Below are positions 1 through 5,767 of a DNA stretch of 30,151 nt, piece by piece. Origin of the DNA: a virus (lineage: Duplodnaviria > Caudoviricetes). How positions within the stretch are numbered: position 1 is the stretch's first letter; every line of letters begins with the position of its first letter. The position numbers and the translations under genes were made by a program. The notes under the pieces are model-generated. The model was given only the letters and a program-made list of their open reading frames with translations, was not told where the DNA came from and did not search any database. The stretch spans positions 1 to 30,151 of the IMG/VR virus record IMGVR_UViG_3300042891_000530; one strand, 5' to 3'.

Positions 1-668
1 AGACGGCCATCCGCGCCGACGAAAACTTGCGCCGATGGCGCGGCTACTGGCGTAGCTGCGCACGTTTCGCCGTAACCGAACTTGCGCGACCCGTAGTACG
101 GGTTAGACCATCGGTCCATATAGTCCGGCAGGCTGTAGGTATTGGAGTACCACAGGCCGTCTATCCATTCGCCGGCATCCTCGTTAACGAGCGTAAACCG
201 GCCGGTATCCGCGTGCATGACTAGGAACTTGTTACCGTACCCGATCATGTCAGCGACCTTGCGCCAGTAATCGTAGTAGCCGCTGTCGGAATGGTCCGGC
301 GCAGATGGCAAGTATTGCTCACAAAAGAGCGCAGTGTCTGACAGTTCCTCTGTAGCTTCCGCAGCGGTAAGCGACAGTACACCGTTGTGCATCACGACCG
401 CGTCGGATGACGGCACAAAATGCGGATGTGTATTGCGGCGGCTGATACGGCCGTGCGTAGCGTAACGCCAGTGTACGCCGTATGGCTGGCCTGCATCCGC
501 CAGCGAACGCAGGTACCGTTTTGCACGCTTTTTGAACTTGCGGCCGATGAACTTCGCGACGCCGTCTAGCGACATGACGCCGATGCCATCCTCATTCTGC
601 GTAACGGCGGATTCGAAGACGTCGGCAGGGATTGCGCGTCCGGTAGGTGAGTAAGCGATCAAACACAT
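1..668 (-). CDS. Class II (Ntn) glutamine amidotransferase, 3' end runs off the window
   Basis: Not in the ORF track because it has no stop in the window. Manual translation MCLIAYSPTG...NEDGIG...VHWRYATHG...NTHPH...VMHNGVL...SDT shows the N-terminal Cys2 and the HxRxATHG, HP, HNG and SDT motifs of GATase-II. AGGA RBS upstream. Confidence 0.88.
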   Translation of the reverse strand, partial: MCLIAYSPTGRAIPADVFESAVTQNEDGIGVMSLDGVAKFIGRKFKKRAKRYLRSLADAGQPYGVHWRYATHGRISRRNTHPHFVPSSDAVVMHNGVLSLTAAEATEELSDTALFCEQYLPSAPDHSDSGYYDYWRKVADMIGYGNKFLVMHADTGRFTLVNEDAGEWIDGLWYSNTYSLPDYMDRWSNPYYGSRKFGYGETCAATPVAAPSAQVFVGADGR

Positions 669-702
669 GGTGTAAATTCCTATTCGATGAAGTGAAAACA
701 GA

Positions 703-2334
703 TTAGGCGTCGGTCAGCACGGCCAGCGGTTCGCCCTGGCGTCGCAGTACCTTATCTTGCAATTGGCGAAACCCGAAGACGCCACGCTCCGCAAGAAACC
801 GCACCAGCTGCGGATATTGCCCACGTTTGGCGATCAGCCAGCGCGAGAAGTTAGCCCACGACTCAACGTCACGCATGCTTACGTCGCGGCAGTACACGCA
901 AACGGCATGGACGAATTCAAGATTTTTCAACACTCGCTCGGGGCGCAAATTGCCTTTAAACAAGCGGAATTCCGCTGTCGGACGGCGAACGCCGACGTTC
1001 AGAATATCGTACCTGTCGTCGCTAAAGTATTTGCCGTCGCTAAGTTTCTTTGTCTTGCGCTTGCAATACGAGTTTTCCTGACGCTGCGCGACTGCGGTTA
1101 TGAGCGTGCGCAGTTCGGGCGAATTCATAAACACGAGCATTTTGCCGAGTTGTAGCGCCGTTAGCGCGCTGCGGTTTACATGAACATGCATACCGCAATT
1201 GTTAGTACCTGTGCCAGACATCGCGAGACGGTGCACGGCCGTGAGTCGCTGCCAGTTAAACTCTTTGCGATGTTGGTCAAGCGTAAACGGCATAGTACAA
1301 AGTTCTACGCCATAATCCAGCGATCCGTCATGCTTCAATATCGCGTTGTCGCAGACGTTACCGCCTAGTGCGTCGATAATCTCCCGTACTTGATCCTCGT
1401 TTTGGTCAACGGATTCCATCTCAAGTTCTACGCCCATCACTAGCGCATCGTGTGCGTTCGCCTTGTGCCATTTGAAATAGTCAAACGGGTTTGCGTTGTA
1501 GTCCAGCACGACGCTGTCGCCGCCGTAGTCGTCCGAATCCATTTCCGCCCGGTAGTCTTCTTCGGCGTGATCCCGTGCGGTTTCCGTTTCGTACAGGTGT
1601 CCGCGAGTGTCCATGTGCCAATGGTTACGCGCATACCCATTGCGAGCATACCGGCCTGTATCCTGTGCGCGCACGTGGTGCGCGGGCGCGAGCCGGATAC
1701 GTTCGCCAGTAATCAAGTTTATGTAGTTGTTATCGCAATGCCGACAAATGACCGTCGGTATAGCGTGCGGAGGCTCTACCCTGCGGAGGCTCAGCGGGTC
1801 GCCAATGTCGTGCGCGCGTTCGTCGCCGCCAGCAAGCGAATAGTGCATTGATCCGCAGTCACTGCACGCCGTGACGCTGTCAGCGTAGTTAGCGTCGAGC
1901 CATTGCGCCGCGAGCATGCCGTGCGCGACAGCGCAGCGGCGTACGGCAGTCGATTCTACGGCCTCGCTAACGCGCGCTCCGTTTACCCATTGGCGCGCGT
2001 CAGAGCGTGCGGCCTTGCGCGTCGCCAATGCGCGCAGTATCAACAAGTGCGAGTCCGTGTCATCGTGATCCGACAGCGCCCGCTCCCGGATGAACTGCGG
2101 AATAACGAGCGACCGCAGTAGCGCAGTCGGCGCGTCAGTCTCGTTATCAAACAGCGCGGCAAAGTCGTCCGACAGCGGATCAGACAATGCCGCGCAATCT
2201 GGGTTTGCATCGCGCAATGCGTCCACGAGTTGCGCGCATGACCATGCGAACCGCAGTTGCGTGCGTACGTAACTGCTAGTACCGCCATGCTCTACGAATG
2301 AATGCATAGCGGCTATGTGTTCCTGACTAAACAT
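703..2334 (-). CDS. Amidoligase (COOH-NH2 ligase, glutamine synthetase/glutamate-cysteine ligase-like fold) with N-terminal Zn-finger-like region
   Basis: Motifs GVELE, DGSL..GVE, CGMHVHV and EFR in the C-terminal half. CSDC and CRHC pairs upstream. GAGGA RBS. Adjacent to the GATase. Confidence 0.85.
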   Translation of the reverse strand: MFSQEHIAAMHSFVEHGGTSSYVRTQLRFAWSCAQLVDALRDANPDCAALSDPLSDDFAALFDNETDAPTALLRSLVIPQFIRERALSDHDDTDSHLLILRALATRKAARSDARQWVNGARVSEAVESTAVRRCAVAHGMLAAQWLDANYADSVTACSDCGSMHYSLAGGDERAHDIGDPLSLRRVEPPHAIPTVICRHCDNNYINLITGERIRLAPAHHVRAQDTGRYARNGYARNHWHMDTRGHLYETETARDHAEEDYRAEMDSDDYGGDSVVLDYNANPFDYFKWHKANAHDALVMGVELEMESVDQNEDQVREIIDALGGNVCDNAILKHDGSLDYGVELCTMPFTLDQHRKEFNWQRLTAVHRLAMSGTGTNNCGMHVHVNRSALTALQLGKMLVFMNSPELRTLITAVAQRQENSYCKRKTKKLSDGKYFSDDRYDILNVGVRRPTAEFRLFKGNLRPERVLKNLEFVHAVCVYCRDVSMRDVESWANFSRWLIAKRGQYPQLVRFLAERGVFGFRQLQDKVLRRQGEPLAVLTDA

Positions 2335-2346
2335 GCTTCGATCCTC

Positions 2347-2439
2347 TTACCGTGTGATGTAGAAACAAACGGACAACGCTAGCAAGCCTGACAGGCTCAC
2401 TAACGCAATGTAGCCCGGCACCAGTGACACGCGGGTCAC
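2347..2439 (-). CDS. Small hydrophobic (single TM) protein, about 30 aa
   Basis: GTG start overlaps the TGA of the upstream ORF (GTGA). Hydrophobic stretch YIALVSLSGLLALSVCFYI. Stop lies just before the amidoligase RBS. Confidence 0.45.
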   Translation of the reverse strand: MTRVSLVPGYIALVSLSGLLALSVCFYITR

Positions 2440-2648
2440 GCCGGCCCACTCGCGAGCCATTCGGCAGTCATGTGACGACGCGCTAGCGCAGCGTCGATAG
2501 CAAGGCCCGCTGTAATCCGTGACAGGCTCGCATCCTTGGCGTACTGCGTGATCGCTTGCTCGCGTGCGCTGCGCTCTGACAGCCCAAAGGTGCGGCATTC
2601 GTCAAACAGCGCGACCGCGTCGCGCAATGCGTTGCTAGGTATGCTCAT
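2436..2648 (-). CDS. Hypothetical early protein, about 70 aa (start re-assigned to MSIPSN)
   Basis: First ORF downstream of the leftward promoter. Helical-looking sequence, coupled to the next ORF. Confidence 0.55.
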   Translation of the reverse strand: MSIPSNALRDAVALFDECRTFGLSERSAREQAITQYAKDASLSRITAGLAIDAALARRHMTAEWLASGPA

Positions 2649-2689
2649 TGTGGGGCTACTCACTACCCGGCCGAATTGACCGTGCGTGC

Positions 2690-2717
2690 ATTCTCTTATG
2701 GTCCGGCATGCTGTCAA
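2690..2717 (-). promoter_or_regulatory. Leftward sigma70-like promoter
   Basis: Minus strand TTGACA-N16-GAGAAT, about 40 bp upstream of the 2648 ATG. Confidence 0.5.
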
Positions 2718-2749
2718 GCATGCATCGCACAGCATGACCACGTAGCGGA

Positions 2750-2880
2750 TGGCATGCTAATTGCCTAGCAATACCCATGCCGCAAGGCATGGCACAGACA
2801 TTGCATACCCATGCATACGCCATGCCATGACGCAATGCACCATGTTGTGCAACGCACCATGCTATGCATACCCCGCGCCA
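2750..2880. promoter_or_regulatory. Cluster of five sigma54 (RpoN) -24/-12 elements in both orientations
   Basis: Plus strand: TGGCATGCTAATTGCC 2750-2765 and TGGCACAGACATTGCA 2790-2805. Minus strand: CGGCATGGGTATTGCT 2767-2782, TGGCATGGCGTATGCA 2812-2827 and TGGCGCGGGGTATGCA 2865-2880. All have exact GG-N10-GC spacing. Confidence 0.72.
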
Positions 2881-2940
2881 TGTGCCATAATGCATGACTA
2901 GGATGCGGGTTATGACGTATATGAAGATGTCACATAGACT

Positions 2941-3062
2941 CGCACCATTTTGGTGCATTAACATAATGCATTGCCTGTTATGTTCATTTGACATAATGGA
3001 CACGAGCATAATCTATGCACCAATTCGGTGCATTTGACATAATCATGCACCATTCTGGTGCA
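2941..3062. promoter_or_regulatory. Three NtrC-type boxes (TGCACC-N5-GGTGCA)
   Basis: CGCACCATTTTGGTGCA 2941-2957, TGCACCAATTCGGTGCA 3016-3032 and TGCACCATTCTGGTGCA 3046-3062. Confidence 0.72.
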
Positions 3063-3072
3063 TTGAACATAA
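2956..3072. repeat. Repeated XerD-arm-like half sites (ATTTRACATAA); includes a 30-bp tandem duplication at 3015-3074
   Basis: ATTTGACATAA 2986-2996 and 3032-3042, ATTGAACATAA 3062-3072, CATTAACATAA 2956-2966 and inverted TTATGTTCATT 2978-2988. The E. coli dif XerD arm is TTATGTTAAAT. Confidence 0.55.
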
Positions 3073-3401
3073 TCGAGCCAGGTTATGGTAACATAGGGGG
3101 TATCCTCCTAATTGGGAACATTGATTTTGCTCCATGTGAGCTCACACGCGAGAAGTGAAAAACTGGAAAGTACAGGGTTTGCTGTTGCTAAAAAGCAACA
3201 GTATGTCATTGTTTCACAAGTGAAAAAGTGAAAATGATCGGTTTTACCTGTTCGCAAGCAGCTGGACGCTAGTCCAGGTAGCTGCGAAGCGAACTACGAG
3301 GCTCTATTGGCTGACTAAAGTAGGAAGGGGATGTAGGGGATGGTATCCCCTACGAGGCCGTAGGCCGTATCTAGCGTCCGCAGGACGATATTCTGTCAGA
3401 A

Positions 3402-3443
3402 GTGTAACAAAACGATGAAAAGTACTGATAACCGAGTAAGAGA
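3402..3443 (+). promoter_or_regulatory. Rightward promoter repeat, copy 1
   Basis: GTGTAACAAAACG-N12-GATAACCGAGTAAGAGA; contains GTAACA-N17-GATAAC. Confidence 0.55.
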
Positions 3444-3511
3444 CCACGAGTTTTCGTGGTTTATGGCTAAGTCTCGTGACACAGAGCAGCGTAGCTGCGT
3501 ATTCTGTTAAA

Positions 3512-3524
3512 AATCAGTCACTTA
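3512..3524 (+). promoter_or_regulatory. IHF consensus match
   Basis: AATCAGTCACTTA fits WATCAR-N4-TTR and lies between the two promoter repeats in an AT-rich context. Confidence 0.4.
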
Positions 3525-3554
3525 GCTTAAATCACGAATTATTTTTTACGTTTT

Positions 3555-3596
3555 GTGTGACAAAACGTAGCTTTTACTCGATAACAGAGTAAGAGA
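3555..3596 (+). promoter_or_regulatory. Rightward promoter repeat, copy 2
   Basis: GTGTGACAAAACG-N12-GATAACAGAGTAAGAGA; contains GTGACA-N17-GATAAC. The -35 lies inside palindrome 3547-3569. Confidence 0.55.
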
Positions 3597-3712
3597 TTAG
3601 AATAATATTACATGAAATTTATGTAATATCATGCATTTTGACAGCTTTGCTGTCTCATTCTGCCCTTCCCTTTGGGAAGGATGCAAGGAAACCCTTTACG
3701 GCAGGAGAGGCC

Positions 3713-3931
3713 ATGAGGTTCGAGGTTCAGCCCAACACTGCGGGTAACCAGTTTGCTGTCTACGCCAAGGCGGAAAAGCCTAACGCCGATGGCAAGTTCG
3801 AGCAGTCCCGGATGGGGGCTTTCGCTACGCGGCCCCCAGCAGACGAGCTAGCAGCTATTCTGTCCTACGCCGACCAGCTATACCAACTTGCGAAGCGCAA
3901 CGCTTACGGGGTCCCGCGACCCCGAGTCTAA
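3713..3931 (+). CDS. Hypothetical protein, 72 aa (start re-assigned to MRFEVQ)
   Basis: AGGAGAGG RBS just before ATG 3713; first ORF after the rightward promoters. Confidence 0.65.
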   Translation: MRFEVQPNTAGNQFAVYAKAEKPNADGKFEQSRMGAFATRPPADELAAILSYADQLYQLAKRNAYGVPRPRV

Positions 3932-3966
3932 CTTGAGACCCGGCTACTGCCGGGGGGACGAACCAA

Positions 3967-4164
3967 ATGGCCGATCAGAGAACCGACGATGACAACAGCA
4001 AGGCTGGCGATCCCAATGCGACAGGTCGCGGTGACGCTAAGCCTGTGCGCGATGTCCGTGCTGGCAGCAGTGTCGGCGGGACCGCTATGTGGGACCAGCC
4101 CTACAAGGATCAGTACAAGGATGCTGGTGTTTACCCCAGCTACCTGTCGGTGATCCGCCCGTAA
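3967..4164 (+). CDS. Hypothetical protein, 65 aa
   Basis: GGGGGA RBS; phage-like codon usage. Confidence 0.55.
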   Translation: MADQRTDDDNSKAGDPNATGRGDAKPVRDVRAGSSVGGTAMWDQPYKDQYKDAGVYPSYLSVIRP

Positions 4165-4171
4165 CCGGGGC

Positions 4172-4200
4172 TTGACATGCACGCCCAGGCGTGCTAGAGT
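4172..4200 (+). promoter_or_regulatory. Strong sigma70 promoter of the tRNA array
   Basis: TTGACA-N17-TAGAGT with extended -10 TG; 11 nt before tRNA-His. Confidence 0.8.
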
Positions 4201-4211
4201 TCAGTTTCTGC

Positions 4212-4284
4212 GGTGGTCGGGTGTTAGTACGCAGCATCGGCCGTGACCCGATCCTACTGGGAGCAAAACCCAGCGATCACCCCA
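4212..4284 (+). tRNA. tRNA-His(GTG)
   Basis: G-1:C73 8-bp acceptor, ATCGG-CCGTGAC-CCGAT anticodon arm, T-loop AGCAAAA, CCA. Confidence 0.85.
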
Positions 4285-4290
4285 AATTTC

Positions 4291-4376
4291 GTGTCGTTAG
4301 CCAGGGACGGACCCTGACCAGGCTGTAAATCTGGTGCCTTATGGCCTGCTTGGTTCGACTCCAAGACGATGCACCA
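4291..4376 (+). tRNA. tRNA-Tyr(GTA)
   Basis: CCAGG-CTGTAAA-TCTGG, long variable arm, TTCGA T-loop, ACCA. Confidence 0.9.
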
Positions 4377-4382
4377 AACAAT

Positions 4383-4452
4383 GGGTTGTGCTCAGGGAGC
4401 AGCGGAGCCTCCAAATCTCTGCAGCAAGGTTCGAGTCCTTGACAATCTGCCA
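4383..4452 (+). tRNA. tRNA-Trp(CCA), compact D-arm
   Basis: Loop CTCCAAA, CAAGG-TTCGAGT-CCTTG, GCCA. Confidence 0.8.
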
Positions 4453-4467
4453 ACTCAGTGCTACTAT

Positions 4468-4543
4468 TGATCTGTGGGTTGCTGGTATCCCAGTGACGCT
4501 CTGAACGTCGCCCACGCAGGTTCGATCCCTGCCGGATCATCCA
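4468..4543 (+). tRNA. tRNA-Gln(CTG)
   Basis: TGATCTG/CGGATCA acceptor, TGACG-CTCTGAA-CGTCG, TCCA. Confidence 0.9.
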
Positions 4544-4614
4544 AGCGCAGGCTTTTCGGTTCGCCCTCCATTGTCCTACGGGGCCGTGGTCACTAAAAGA
4601 ACCGTACGTCTTCT

Positions 4615-4703
4615 GGATGGTTATGCAGGCTGGGCCTGCCACGGTCTTGAAAACCGATGGAGTCCTCCGGGGCTTGGAGTTCGATTCTATCAGCCATCCG
4701 CCA
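4615..4703 (+). tRNA. tRNA-Ser(TGA)
   Basis: GGATGGT/GCCATCC, loop CTTGAAA, long variable arm, GCCA. Confidence 0.9.
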
Positions 4704-4707
4704 TTTT

Positions 4708-4782
4708 GGGCCTTCCGGGAGTTAGTCCCGGACTGCTGCGAGGGCAGCAGAAAGCGTTAGCCAGCATGCTTCCGGCCCGCCA
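4708..4782 (+). ncRNA. tRNA-sized four-way-junction RNA ending in GCCA, no anticodon loop
   Basis: GGGCC/GGCCC-G-CCA closing three hairpins: TCCGGGA/TCCCGGA, CTGCTGC/GCAGCAG and AAGCGT/ATGCTT. Confidence 0.65.
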
Positions 4783-4786
4783 TTTT

Positions 4787-4862
4787 ACGCCTATAGCTCA
4801 GAGAACAGAGCAGAGGGCTTCTACCCCTCAGTGCGTGGGTTTGAATCCTACTAGGCGTGCCA
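4787..4862 (+). tRNA. tRNA-Arg(TCT)
   Basis: GAGGG-CTTCTAC-CCCTC, T-loop TTTGAAT, GCCA. Confidence 0.9.
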
Positions 4863-4867
4863 TTTAT

Positions 4868-4943
4868 GCCCATTGCCCGAGGGAATTCGGGAGCGACGCT
4901 ACGAACGTCGACTGCGTAGGCTCGACTCCTACAGTGGGTGCCA
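4868..4943 (+). tRNA. tRNA-Arg(ACG)
   Basis: CGACG-CTACGAA-CGTCG, GTAGG-CTCGACT-CCTAC, GCCA. Confidence 0.85.
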
Positions 4944-4947
4944 ATTC

Positions 4948-5022
4948 GCGGCTTTAGCTGAGACAGATTAGCGGCTGGCTGAAAACCAGCAAAGCTAGGT
5001 GCGATACCTAGAGGCTGCACCA
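4948..5022 (+). tRNA. tRNA-Phe(GAA)
   Basis: GCTGG-CTGAAAA-CCAGC, T-loop TGCGATA, ACCA. Confidence 0.9.
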
Positions 5023-5027
5023 ATATT

Positions 5028-5104
5028 CGGCCCAGGAGGTTACTAGACAGCCTACCTGGCTCTTACCCAGTGATGTCTGAGTGCGAGACTCAGTGGGCCG
5101 ACCA
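5028..5104 (+). tRNA. tRNA-Lys(CTT)
   Basis: CGGCCCA/TGGGCCG, loop CTCTTAC, T-loop TGCGAGA, ACCA. Confidence 0.85.
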
Positions 5105-5108
5105 ATTT

Positions 5109-5201
5109 AGTCCTGTGGTGTAAAGCAGCACGGACGGACTTATAAGCCGTATTCCGCCAGATTAGCGGGCAGTCTCGGTGCGAGTCCGAGCAGGACGACC
5201 A
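5109..5201 (+). tRNA. tRNA-Ile(TAT) with long variable arm
   Basis: GTCCTG/CAGGAC acceptor, loop CTTATAA, V-arm TCCGC-CAGATTA-GCGGG, T-loop TGCGAGT, ACCA. Confidence 0.8.
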
Positions 5202-5207
5202 GACAAT

Positions 5208-5282
5208 GGTTCGTGATGCGACTGGTGTCGCAGGAAAGCTGTCTACTTTCTGAGACGAGTTCAATTCTCGTACGAATCGCCA
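5208..5282 (+). tRNA. tRNA-Asp(GTC)
   Basis: GAAAG-CTGTCTA-CTTTC, TTCAA T-loop, GCCA. Confidence 0.9.
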
Positions 5283-5286
5283 ATGT

Positions 5287-5362
5287 AGGCCCTTAACTCA
5301 GCGGGACAGAGACTCGCCTTTTAAGCGAAGTGATGTCGGTTCGATTCCGACAGGGCCAACCA
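5287..5362 (+). tRNA. tRNA-Lys(TTT)
   Basis: TCGC-CTTTTAA-GCGA, GTCGG-TTCGATT-CCGAC, ACCA. Confidence 0.88.
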
Positions 5363-5368
5363 GACTAT

Positions 5369-5442
5369 GCACCGTTGCGTCCGGTGACGCATGTGGGCTT
5401 TCAACCCACAATAGATCGGATCGACACCGATACGGTGTGCCA
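5369..5442 (+). tRNA. tRNA-Glu(TTC)
   Basis: GTGGG-CTTTCAA-CCCAC, T-loop ATCGACA, GCCA. Confidence 0.88.
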
Positions 5443-5447
5443 ATTAC

Positions 5448-5522
5448 GGGCTGTGGGCAGGGCACCCAGGCAATCCTTGCAAGATTGCAGCTTGGTGAGT
5501 TCGAGTCTCACACGGTCCACCA
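5448..5522 (+). tRNA. tRNA-Ala(TGC)
   Basis: G3:U70 identity pair, CAATC-CTTGCAA-GATTG, ACCA. Confidence 0.9.
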
Positions 5523-5587
5523 GAAACACACCCGGCCACGCCTCTACCGCAGGGCGGATATGCGCATCAGGGCCGGGTCTTTCACCA
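5523..5587 (+). ncRNA. Small structured RNA ending in ACCA, not a cloverleaf
   Basis: GAAA..ACCCGGCC pairs with GGCCGGGT.TTTC followed by ACCA; two small internal hairpins. Confidence 0.5.
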
Positions 5588-5599
5588 GTTAATGAATAT

Positions 5600-5673
5600 C
5601 ACGCAGTGGCCGAATGGCTAGGCACTGGATTGCAACCCCAGTCATGCAGGTCCGACCCCTGTCTGCGTGTCCA
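5600..5673 (+). tRNA. tRNA-Cys(GCA)
   Basis: CACGCAG/CTGCGTG, loop TTGCAAC, U73, CCA. Confidence 0.88.
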
Positions 5674-5679
5674 CTTTAT

Positions 5680-5763
5680 GCCCTGCTGGTGGAACAGCAG
5701 ACACACTGCGCTTAGAACGCAGCGACGCAAGTCGTACAGGTGCAACTCCTGTGCAGGGTACCA
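5680..5763 (+). tRNA. tRNA-Leu(TAG)
   Basis: CTGCG-CTTAGAA-CGCAG, V-arm CGAC-GCAA-GTCG, T-loop TGCAACT, ACCA. Confidence 0.9.
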
Positions 5764-5767
5764 ATTT

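Noticed and set aside
2656-3009. 117-aa minus-strand ORF
   Set aside because: Met/Cys/His/Ala-rich translation of the motif array with no RBS; a by-product of the repeats.
2940-3075. CRISPR mini-array
   Set aside because: The 30-bp palindromic units are directly tandem without unique spacers, and there are no cas genes.
2956-3093. Complete dif/attP site for XerCD integration
   Set aside because: No XerC and XerD arms separated by 6 bp; only half-sites.
3182-3201. LexA box
   Set aside because: Spacing is CTGT-N12-ACAG, not N8.
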